A stretch of DNA of 63,889 nt, the filler included, from Intoshia linei (Eukaryota > Animalia > Orthonectida), in the NCBI GenBank assembly GCA_001642005.1. It is 6 parts of 6 records of this genome, joined end to end, with 100 filler letters (N's around TTAATTAATTAA, not from the genome) between each part and the next. Parts side by side here need not be neighbours in the genome. Positions count along the whole stretch, not along the records: positions 1 to 27,213 come from LWCA01000446.1; 5 more parts are not named here. One strand, written 5' to 3'. The notes beneath the pieces were generated by a model that saw only the letters and a list, made by a program, of their open reading frames with translations, searched no databases and was not told where the DNA came from. Both the position numbers and the translations under genes were made by a program. This document shows positions 1 to 10,850 of the stretch, piece after piece; the first letter of the stretch is position 1; every line of letters begins with the position of its first letter.

Positions 1-1953
1 ATTATGTATCAATAATTAACCGAATCTTCACTTTATAAACATTTCAGTCGAATTATACCAATATTGCAAAGGATTGTAATAAATATAAAAATAATATTAA
101 CAAAGTTGTTTTAGTTTCGTTGTTTAGTTTCTATTTAAATTTGTATTCAAAATATTTTGAAAATGAAAATTTGAAATTTAAAAATTGCGTAGCAATGAGA
201 AAAATTCCGAAGAAATGAATTATATAGATTTTCACTCATATTTCTTTATTCGAAATGTGTAGACGTTCACTGCACATTTTTTTTGAAATTGTAGGATCAA
301 TATTTACATTTTCATTTTTATTTTAATTGATTTATTTGAAAAATATTAGTTGATAATATATTAAAAATTATTTTTCATAGGGAATGCGTAAATTTCTGGG
401 GTTGAACTTTTGTATTTATATCAACTGGAATAAGCTCTATCAGAATAATCTTTTTTTTAGGTTAAACTTTTGTATTTATATCAACTGGAATAAGCTCTAT
501 CAGAATAATTTTTTTTTTTAAATTTTCGGACTGTTAATTATTTTACATTTTTTGTTTTAATAAAAAAATACTCGGAAAAAAAATACATGAATACTAAAAT
601 GCTGTTTTCATAAAAAAGGAAGGGGAATTTAGGGTTTTGGCCCTGAAGATATAATTTTTTTAAATTTAAATTTATGATAATGTTTATGATTTTAAAATCC
701 GCATCAGCGTATATATTTTTTTAAATTCTCTAACTCGTTTGATTTTCAAAAAGAGGGACAACAGGGGTTTTGACCCGTAAGATGTGAAATTGGTTGAAAT
801 TATGTTTGCGCACACCCCGAAAAAAATTATAATTGAAATGTGGACTTTATAAAATTCTAAGACGGGTAGTTATTTAAATAAAGCGTAACACACACAAACA
901 AAAATCGCGTAGTATATTATATAAGTTAGGATCGTAAAATATTTGCGTACCTACTGAAAAAGCTTCAGGAAACAACAATAAGCAACATATCAGAACATGT
1001 ATCACGTTTGCATGAGGCAACAAATATTTTATAATTAAACTCATGTATTCCGTTAAACTAAGTATTGTTTTTTGTAACACATTATCATTAGGATTTTCCT
1101 CTTTATTATCAGTCTTTTTTGTTGGGTTTAATTTTGCATTTATTTTTTTAGATTCTTTATCCAACTCTTGAGTTTTGTAAGAAACATATATTGGATTTTT
1201 TTGATCGCCCAATATAAAAAGTTGCTTTTTCATTTGTCGCACGATTGTATCAACTAATACTGTTTGTACTTCTCCGTCTATATTGGGACACACCGCTTTA
1301 ATAAAAATAAAATTTAATAGAAAAATACCCAAAAATATACCCGCAACCACTGTACAATAGAATACACTACCTAAATTAAATATAATTTGATATATCATTA
1401 ATACAGTGCTTTCCGAGGACTGACTATCAATAATCACACCCAGACCGTTTAGTCTTGGCTAGGGGCCACATGACCTACTTTTTTAATTGTTTTAATAATT
1501 CTAATAGGTAATGTTGCAAATTTTATGATGATCACTGTGATTTCAACAGTTATTTTTTATTTTTAGACAAAAAAAAATTGATTAAACGTCTTAATAATGT
1601 ATAGACGTCCTATTATTAAAAAAAATTTATATCGTAACTACAATTTCCATCTGTCCCAAACCTACTTCCCTGATCACATTCTGACTGTGCAACGACTATT
1701 TTTACTTTTAATGCATTGATTGCTTTAAAATCGAATGACATTTAAAATGAATACCTGTATTGTTCTGGGTTTTAGAAATTTCAAAATTTTTATAGATAAG
1801 ATATGCGGATAGGCATGTAACCATTGTTGTGTATATAATGTTTGAAATATGATAGTTTTTTTTCATTTTATCTGTAACAGTGGGTGCAACATTTTTTCTA
1901 ACATCTTCGTCAATCTTTTTTTCAGAATCTTCTTTAATATTGTCGGAATTCAT
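1..1953 (-). CDS. Orphan multi-pass membrane protein, paralog A (spliced; runs off the window start)
   Basis: Exon 1 from ATG 1953 (MNSDNIKEDS...NIIYTTMVTCLSAYLIYKNF) and an internal exon at ~950-1370 (YCTVVAGIFLGIFLLNFIFIKAVCPNID...HVLICCLLLFPEAFS) align by eye with the + strand exons at 2279 and 3187. Intermediate exon boundaries are uncertain. Confidence 0.7.
165..931 (-). mobile_element. Non-autonomous Helitron copy (5' A|TC end at 931), in an intron of paralog A
   Basis: Near-identical to copies at 6720, 29030, 32860, 37810 and 44760; the minus strand begins A|TCCTAACTTATATAATATAC; internal ~60-bp tandem duplication at ~400-520. Confidence 0.8.
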
Positions 1954-2278
1954 TTATCTTGATGTGTATATTTTAAATTTACCATGAAAATCAAACAGCG
2001 TATCCGATATTTATACCTTTCAAAACCATATAATTATATAGCTATATAATAACTATAGTTAAATCTAAATAATATTATTTAGATTTAGTCTTAAATACAT
2101 ATTGAATGTATAGGAAATTATGTACAACATATACTTAGACATATATAACTCATATTTTTGTATAACGGCATTTTAATTGTTCAATGTCGTATATTTTTAG
2201 TGTACATTATAATGTAGTCAACAAAAATGTACACAAAATTATTATAGAACATATATGGGATAGTACTGATTTCACCGA

Positions 2279-5200
2279 ATGGTACCGTTCAACAATAAAA
2301 TAGACACAGAAAATACTAGAAACGTGGTTTCTAAAAATATAACGGACAGATTTTTAAAAGGATATTATTATTTCAATATTGTTTATACAGTTTCTGTATC
2401 GGTTTTATCAATTTATTTGATTGTTAATTCATTTCAAGAAATAAACGGAAATTATGAAGAAAACAGTATATTATAAAGCATATATTAATAATAATATAAA
2501 TATATTATAAGACTAATTATACTTATAATAGTATTTGATGTTTTTTTGTTAGGATCTGAGCGGTTTCTCAGTTTGCTTAATTTTAATCTTGTAACGTAAT
2601 TTTTCAGTTTTTGATAAAATTTTTAATGGATTATCAGGTATGAGAATGTATACGGATCTATCAGAATAATCTTTATTTACATTTTTAGGAATACTATATA
2701 TAATATAATAGTTATTGTGTATTTTATGTAAAAATTTAAAACAAATAATTTTAAATAATTAATTATAATGATCCAACAATTTAAAAATGAAAAATTGTCT
2801 TCACACGTTTGGTAACTATTCCTTTAAGGATTGGTAATAGAGAATAGTATCATGTTTACGTCAGATTTAATTTTTTTAATAAAATTAAAAAATTCCGCCC
2901 TCGACAAATCTAGATGCTGTTTATCCAAAGTACAAAGAAGTCAAGCTAGTTTTACATAAAACCAATTCATTCTTTTATTAATAATTTAATATTGAATTAA
3001 TTAAAACTTTTCACGACGAAACATTGGATGCACCGAAAAATTAAAGAATTAAAATTTTTTTATGTAGAGCAAAATTAAATTTAGTTGTGATATTATTGAA
3101 AAATAATTTTTGTCATTTAATTACAATCCCTGATTGTAACTAATAATACACTCATTAATTAATTAGATGCTCAATATATTTGTACGGTGTTTGCATTAAT
3201 CGTTCTGATATTGTTTATAATTAATTCGTTATTTATCAAAATATGCTGTCCAAATATTGAAATAGAGATTCACAACAGTTTTTGTAGTAAAGTTAATGAA
3301 TTGCTATCAAAACAAATATATAAGTTCAAAAAAGATGGCAAAAAATTCTATGTTGGTACCGGAACTCCACTTGGCCAATTATCTAAATCAACGTTTAATA
3401 AATCAATTATAACCTTATTGGAATATTTAAAATTTATGATTAAATTCACTATTCCTGTGTCAACTATACTTCATGTTTTAATTGCTTGTTTCATTTTATT
3501 TCCTAATACTTTCTCTTCAGGTAACAATTATATACACTGTATATTAAGATGTCTCATGGGTATTTAGAAAAAATATCCTTAGGGCTTAAAAGTATAGTAT
3601 TACTAAAATAATAACTATTGTAAAATATTTTAGGTCCACTCCTAACAATCAAGTTACCCTGACCATTTAAAGTTTTCTATATATATACTCGCAGTGTTAA
3701 AGTTATAATGGTTTATCTGCATTTTTATCAAAAATGAAGTTTTTGATGAAAAATGTTTTAAATTATCTTTTACATTTTTACCAAAAAAATTAAGCTTGAA
3801 AACGTATTATTTTATAATATAACGAACATTTACTGGTTCAATTACTAAATCTCGACTAGATAATTCCTTACAAAATTATCAAATTCCTATTAAAAATAAC
3901 CTCACAGATTCTAAAAAGAAAGATATTAAAAGTATGTTAATCAAAATAGACAATGAGTAAATAATTTTATAATTTAAACATAAATTGATAAAAATGTTAA
4001 ATGTTAACAGTTTCTATAAAATAATTTTCTATTTGCAATTTTTTCAAATCAAATAGTTGGACAGATTGTTCCATTAGTGAAATTTAAGTTCTGAAAAACC
4101 CTTATGTTTTTATTTTTATCGTACGAAACTTTTCAATATACTTTAACAAATATTAAAAAACTAAATTGTATAATTAAATTTCAACATAAAAATTATATTT
4201 TAGGCAATATAGTACTTTTAAACTTTAAAGTCAATTTATGAAAAACTATGTTTATGCAGATAGAACATTATAACTCTAACACTGCGTACTATATATTACA
4301 ATATTAAAACTGAACTTTATCTTAACGGAAATTGGCGTTTGAGTTGTTAAACGTAATACCGAGTTTATAATATTGTTCTCCATGTTTAATTATACAGTTT
4401 ATTTTTTTTTTTGGATGCTTTGAATACAATTTAAATAATGTAAATAGCCAGAATTCGAGAAATTAAATCGTTAATAAAATTCAAAAAAATTGAGCTAGAA
4501 ACAAATTTTGAATCATAAACAGTATAACTAAACATGGAGAACAATATTATAAAGTCGGTACCACGTTTAACAGCTCAAACGCCAATTTCCGTTAAGATAA
4601 AGTTCAGTTTTAATTTTGTAATATATATATCGAAAACTTTAAATAGTCAGGCTATCTTCAATATTCGTTGAAATGCATTAATATTTTGGAAATATCATTT
4701 TTTTATACTTGATTACTATTATACCTAAGGATATTCAAAAATATAATTTTTCATTTTTTTTGAGACACCTTACTGTATATTATACAGGGATGCTGTTTAG
4801 GGTGTAAGTTTTTACATTTTTTTCGAAAATCGAAAAGGTCATCCACCGCTTTTATAAGCAAATTGAGTTGTACATATTTTTAAAAAATTTTTTTTATACA
4901 ATATATAATATACATTGAATGAAAAATATATGAATTTACAGATTTTTTTGGCTATCTGGCATCCTTAAAAATTGACAATTTTATATATGTTAATATAATT
5001 TATATATGAACTCATTCATATACATTATATTTAGCAACCACTATAGGAATGTTAAATTCAATGATTCCATTTAATGAAATTGCAGAAAAATTGATTATAA
5101 AAATGGATTTTGAAAATATGACAAAATCTGAATATATATATGATCTAAAGGATGCGATTACATTTATTAAATTTTTGAATTTAATAATAGCGTTAATAGT

Positions 5201-6572
5201 AATGCTATATAAACATATTGCAACATTGTCAAGATTTTCAAAACAGATACTTTTAATATTATTATTTGAAAGTTTATCTCTTTTAGTGAATAGCATGTAT
5301 TCTTTAATAGTATTTTCTCCAATATACACATTTATTATGACATACTTTTCTAAAAATAAAGGTAACCGTCCAATACTAAAATCGGAAGATATACCAAATA
5401 AAATTTATGAACAAATTGACCTGTTAGATTTTGCAAATTTGGAGCAAACTGAAAAATCAGTGTTAACGGCTTACATTATCACATTTATATCTGTGTATAC
5501 TGTTCATTGTATAATATTGTATTACATTTACCACGTGGTTTTACTTAATTTAACAAGTAATTTACCAATTACTCCTGAAATTAGCAAATTATTAACAAAT
5601 GACAATATTTCTTCTCGAGATAGATGGAATCAAATGTATGCCATTTTATTAAAAAATAAGATTCAGATAGATGCCACAAAAAAAAAAACTAAAATATCAC
5701 TAACAAGGAAAAATTACCCTACGGCATCATTATTGACTGGTCAATCTGAAGATGATACTTCTGAACACAACTCTGCTAAAAAAGATAAATCAAACTCAAA
5801 GATTCACAATCTTATTCAAAGAGGATTAAATAGTAATTACATTCATCATACTGCAGGAACTGTGATTATGTTCATTTTTATGGCCTTTAAAATCTACTTA
5901 TTTAATTTAATATATACATATGAAAATTTAACTGATATTGTATCTGCAAAAATGAATATATCTGATCCATTAATAAAAAGGGCGTTAACAAAAGGATCAG
6001 CATTCTTAGATGTAGTACATGTGATAATAGTTTTAGTGGTTGGTATAATTTTAATTAATATGAAATCGTTCAATGTAAGAATAAAGGATAAAAGTAATAA
6101 ACAAATGAATCTTGACATTGGACCAGAATTAATGTCAAAAATCTATAAAAAAAGCGATACAAATACACATATTAATTTTAATAGTAAATTTGCAAAATTT
6201 TTTAAATCATTTATCATTAATAAAACACATTATGACTTTAATTCCTTGAAGAATGACCCAACACAAATATTTAAAATGTTTGAAAGTATTTTGTCTGAAA
6301 ATAACATTAAATTTAAAGGTATTATAGAAATCTTTAATAACATGATTATGGATAGTTCAAATCTCAATAATATTAAAAATGAAAAATCTAATAAATACAA
6401 TATACAACACCTTGACAAAGATAATCTATCAATTCTAGTAAATATATTGACTTTGACTATTCAAAATAAAGTCAAACAGATTGAGAAAAAAAAAAGTGAA
6501 AAAAATCTCAAAAAACTTAAAAATCTGAATGATGAAAATAATAATCAGTATAAAGATTTCATTGAGAGTTAA
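2279..6572 (+). CDS. Orphan multi-pass membrane protein, paralog B (spliced; the 507-aa ORF at 5049-6572 is probably the terminal exon)
   Basis: Exon 1 MVPFNNK...NIVYTVSVSVLSIYLIVNSF; exon ~3167-3520 ICTVFALIVLILFIINSLFIKICCPNIE...HVLIACFILFPNTFSS; a tttag acceptor at ~5034 precedes the long ORF, which has about 5 hydrophobic segments. Joining the last exon to the upstream ones is inferred. Confidence 0.65.
3657..4652. mobile_element. Nested foldback/MITE cluster: outer ~30-bp inverted repeat holding two inner inverted-repeat elements (~3686-4290 and ~4292-4625)
   Basis: CCTGACCATTTAAAGTTTTC / GAAAACTTTAAATAGTCAGG; CGCAGTGTTAAAGTTATAATG / CATTATAACTCTAACACTGCG; ~120-bp arms AAAACTGAACTTTATCTTAACGGAAATTGGCGTTTGAG / CTCAAACGCCAATTTCCGTTAAGATAAAGTTCAGTTTT. 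A partial copy of the last lies at ~39970-40150. Confidence 0.8.
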
Positions 6573-6719
6573 GATAAACAATACATGTGCGAAATTTGAT
6601 TAAACTAGTACACTACTCTATGATCATTTATCATAGAACTTATGTGTTTATTATATACCCCGTCATTTTTATTATGCAATTTCTTGTACTTGCTCATAAA
6701 AAAATAAGTAACTAAAAAT

Positions 6720-7355
6720 TTAAGATTGAAAAATTGCGTAGAAATGAAAAAATTCCGAAGAAATGAATTATATAGATTTTCACTCATATTTCTTTATTCG
6801 AAATGTGTAGACGTTCACTGCACATTTTTTTTGAAATTGTAGGATCAATATTTACATTTTCAATTTTTATTTTAATCGAAATATTTAAAAAATATTGGTT
6901 GATAATAAATTAAAAATTATTTTTCACCGGCAATGTGTAGAGTTCTGGAGTTGAAATTTTGTATTTATATTAACTGGAATAAGCTCTATCAGAATAATCT
7001 GTTTTTTTAATTTTCGGACATTTAATTATTTCACATTTTTTGTTTTAATAAAATATGAATACTAAAGTGCTTTTTTAACCATGAAGGCGTCTCTTATACA
7101 GATTGAAATTTTTTGTGTGTGCTAACAGAATACAACTGTACCATTTAAATTTTTTTTAAATTCTAGGGCTGATTTCATTTAAAAAAAAGGGTAATTTTTG
7201 GTTTTGGTCCTGAAGATATATTTGTTTAAATTTTAAATCCATATCAGAGTGTATTTTTTATATTCTCGAACTCGTTTAATTTTCAAAAAGAGGACAATTG
7301 GGCTTTTTGACCCGTAAGATGTGAGTTTAAGAGATGATTTATCTTACTAACACCC
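6720..7355 (-). mobile_element. Helitron family fragment
   Basis: High identity to 165-931 (GAAATGAATTATATAGATTTTCACTCATATTTC...GACCCGTAAGATGTGA). Confidence 0.75.
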
Positions 7356-8069
7356 CATCATTACTCAAAATCATCATTTCTATTGACAATAATCTTACCT
7401 GTCTGCGGAAGAAATTAAAGTGGAGCTAATTAATAATTAACTAAAAATAAAAATATATTTTTTTCTAATTAAATTAAAAATTTCAACAGAAATTTTGTTT
7501 TCAAGTTCAAAATAATAAAATTGATGTAGATGACCATTTTCTCAATCAGTGCACTGCAGCAAATTTTATGTGTGCACAGCGAAAAATTAAAAACAGGATG
7601 AATTTGATAATTTTTTGTTATTTTTACAGAAAAACTTTTTTTCTTAAATTTGTAGATTTTCCTTGCAAAACCTTACATTATATTACTTATAATAATAGGT
7701 AAGATATTTGGTAAGCATCCGACACATATAACATTTTCAGTGCTAAATTTTTTTAAATTCTTCTAAATTTAAATTGTTAAAACGTGTCACTATCTTAAAC
7801 AAAAAAATGCTCTGCCACATTTTGGTACAAAGAATTGAGTTTAGGGGCAACATATCACTTATAAAAGAATAAAATTCCTCCACAGGAAAGTTAAAAATTA
7901 ATTATTGATGAAATATATTGCTTAGACCAGCAGTCTGTGCATTCTAATATTTTCATAAAATTTGGAAGGTTTGATATCTAACTTAATTATTTAATCATAG
8001 CCTAAAACATTTAAACTCGTACAAATATCATAAATCAACTATAAATTAAACTATTTATTAAATACAAAT

Positions 8070-9079
8070 TTATTTCAACATTTTTTGTTTCTTGTTTACT
8101 AATCTTTCTTCATAAACCAAAAATGAATGAACAATTCTAAACGTAAACAACTGATGTAACATTTAAATATCACATATCACTGCTTCGTTAATCATTTGGT
8201 GAATTAAAGTTACTAAAAAATTAGACCCACCAACTTCAATGGGAAAATATATTGCAACAGAGTATATGTAATCTAACATTTACACGAAAAGAATAGTCAA
8301 TTTAATTTTATTTAGTCCAAACCAAAATTACATTTTTACGAAATTTTTAAAACCAGTGTTTAGGATTAGACAATCGTAAATGGAATTTTTAATCATTTTT
8401 CTAATTAACATAAAATTCAATTTTATGTATTTTCCTGTTTTTAATAAAAATATACATAATTGTATTTATAAAGCAAAAGATATTAGATTAACTTATATTG
8501 AACAGTATAACTAAAATACCTTTTTTTAAGACACTTGTGGCAAACCGATCCACCATAGCTTCTAAAAACTTTCAAATCTCGTTTATGCATATTTTTTCGT
8601 TCCATTGGACGAGATGCTTTAATCTAAAAATATTTAATGAGGGAAACGGCATCATTTTTTATAATTTGAACCAAACATAATGGAATCGTTTTCAATCAGT
8701 GACATTGTTATACAATATCTGCAAACTCATAAAGACATGACTACAGTGTTGAAAATATTTACAACCTAAATACCATTTCTCAAACTTAAAAAATATTATA
8801 TTCATTACCCCACGCAATTTTTCCTTGCAATCACCACATTTAGGTGTAGATCTTGGTTTTTTGTAATAGTGATAAACAAGTTTTCCACCTAATCAAAAAA
8901 TTCGATAAGATATCAAATATTCTATATTTCAAATTAAATTTACCAGGGGTCTTTACTCTAAAAAAATATATAAATAATGGATTAATTAAATTATTTTAAT
9001 ATTATATTAATTCGTACACTTTCTTCTTGTTTGATTTTGTATTGTAAGGCTTACGTTTTCGGAGAGTCAATCTTTGCAT
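8070..9079 (-). CDS. RPL34: 60S ribosomal protein L34 (5 exons: 9079-9018, 8957-8944, 8888-8809, 8623-8520, 8136-8070)
   Basis: Spliced translation MQRLTLRKRKPYNTKSNKKKVVKTPGGKLVYHYYKKPRSTPKCGDCKEKLRGIKASRPMERKNMHKRDLKVFRSYGGSVCHKCLKKRIVHSFLVYEERLVNKKQKMLK*; eL34 motifs; all introns GT-AG and in phase. Confidence 0.96.
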
Positions 9080-9321
9080 GTTAAATTAATTTATTATCGC
9101 TATTTAAATAATTTTAAATGTGTACTTTATTTTTAGTTAACTTAACAATTTAAACATTAATTTATTTTATCATAAATTTGACACCAGATTCTGTTAACTA
9201 GAAAGAATTAATTGCTATTTTTGTTTATTTGCGCTGGTTAATTATTTTCAGAATAACAATAAAAAAAATTTGAAAACGTTTTAAAATAGACAATTTAATT
9301 TAAAATGATTTACAATTAATA

Positions 9322-9804
9322 TTAACGTTGAAATGGTATTTTTAAAAATTTGAGACGATATTTGTCGCTTTCTGTATCAAATTTCTTAATTACATCATTG
9401 AATGAAGATTTCTAAAATAATGTTAAAAATCTAAAACATTTTCCAGTACAAGGATATTAAGTTTTTGTTCTGAAACGACATTCATAAAATGTTGTACAGT
9501 CCACAAAGATTCGTTTTCCAACAATTGAAAATTACAATGTTGTGAGTGGTTTCTATGTTCAATAGATGGATCGTCATTTTCTTCCCAATCGGCAAGTTCT
9601 TTCGAACAAAGAACGCAAATAACATTATCGGTGTATTCTTTAGTAGGATTATGAATAAATCCAATCGTAGCCATCTAAAATCAATACTTGAATGTGAGAA
9701 ATTTAATTTACCTTTTCTGGTGATAAATTGCTTCTCTTGTGAGGCCACTTTTTAAACGATTTGAAACGATACTCATAATTCCATTCTTCTAATTTTGTAA
9801 TCAT
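9322..9804 (-). CDS. BIRC5: Survivin-like single-BIR protein (exons 9804-9712, 9674-9450, 9411-9322)
   Basis: RFKSFKKWPH...PEKMATIGF...CVLC-x16-H-x6-C BIR zinc ligands, WEENDDP motif, C-terminal helix, no RING; introns of 37 and 38 nt. Confidence 0.92.
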
Positions 9805-9942
9805 TCTAACTTGGTTTAATTTACCCGGTGAAAAGATTAAAATGTTTGAATTCAAAGATTCAATTTGCGCTTTTTTCCCATGGACACTAAGATAAACATA
9901 AATTTCGATTATCAGTCTAAATTTAGATTAAATTCAAGAAAA

Positions 9943-10251
9943 ATGTATTCAAGTCACATTGCTCCGATTGATAAGCAATATTATCCTTATTTAGCCCTCA
10001 TTTTTTGTGTTTTAGGCTTATCGCAAACAACAAAATTTATAATGTAATTTGTAGTATAATTTTAAGTTTTAAACGAATAAAACTCTAATATTTATTTTTT
10101 CATTTACATAATCTCATAAAATTTATAATTTAGATACGAAACTAGCCAACAAAGAAAATTGCCACGTGAAATAATGTATGCGATTCTATCGTCAATTTTT
10201 TTATCAGTCGGATTTTTTTTTACAATGTTATGCGTCGGAATAATTATTTAA
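9943..10251 (+). CDS. TMEM258: TMEM258/OST5 oligosaccharyltransferase subunit (exons 9943-10043, 10134-10251)
   Basis: MYSSHIAPIDKQYYPYLALIFCVLGLSQTTKFIIYETSQQRKLPREIMYAILSSIFLSVGFFFTMLCVGIII* follows the two-TM TMEM258 pattern (P-x-L...YE...R...E...VGI). Confidence 0.88.
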
Positions 10252-10366
10252 TAAACTTTAGTTTAATTTGAATTGATGTTTATGTTTCATTATCATGGTG
10301 TCTTATTAACGTTACCACGTTATACAAGTGAGCGATATTTTTTAAATTCATCTTGGCACAATTAAT

Positions 10367-10816
10367 ATGGGACTAGTTCTGTTTGAAGACATTTTCGTTA
10401 CGCGAGATATTGATAAGGATGGTAAAATATTTGAACGAGTTTCTCGATTATTTTGTGAAAGTGAATCTTTTGGTATGGACATTATACTGGATATTTACAT
10501 TGATATGTGCCCAATAAAATTGGGTGACAAGTTTCGCCTTTTACTTTCAACGACTATGGATGACAATGACTTTGCTGACGATGGAGAATATGACCCTAGT
10601 CAAGCACAGTCTATGCGATCCAGTAATTTTGATTACATTATGTGTGGAAAGGTTTATCGAATTGAAATGAATTTTGAACAAAATCTTGGAAATAGACTTG
10701 TGGCCTATGTATCATATGGTGGTCTTTTATTAAAACTTCAAGGTGACGCATCCAATTTACAAAACTTTAAAAATGATATGACTGTTTACCTTTTTCTCAA
10801 AAAATTATCTTTTTAG
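10367..10816 (+). CDS. POLR2H: RNA polymerases I/II/III subunit RPABC3 (RPB8), intronless
   Basis: LFEDIF...DKDGKIFERVSRLFCESESF...YIMCGKVYRIE...YVSYGGLLLKL, the hallmark RPB8 sequence. Confidence 0.97.
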   Translation: MGLVLFEDIFVTRDIDKDGKIFERVSRLFCESESFGMDIILDIYIDMCPIKLGDKFRLLLSTTMDDNDFADDGEYDPSQAQSMRSSNFDYIMCGKVYRIEMNFEQNLGNRLVAYVSYGGLLLKLQGDASNLQNFKNDMTVYLFLKKLSF

Positions 10817-10850
10817 TTTTTATTGTTTTAAAATTTAAATTGTAAATAAA

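Noticed and set aside
874-945. C-terminus of the 187-aa ORF
   Set aside because: Read-through past a splice donor into intron and Helitron 5' sequence.
5012-6418. Minus-strand ORFs 5012-5329, 5894-6118 and 6230-6418, plus alternate-frame ORFs over survivin and the secreted gene
   Set aside because: Shadow ORFs of real genes, with no motifs.
8688-8756. C/D snoRNA in RPL34 intron 3 (TTTTCAA/TTGAAAA stem and a CTGA box)
   Set aside because: No convincing C box or recognisable rRNA guide; left as an untested possibility.
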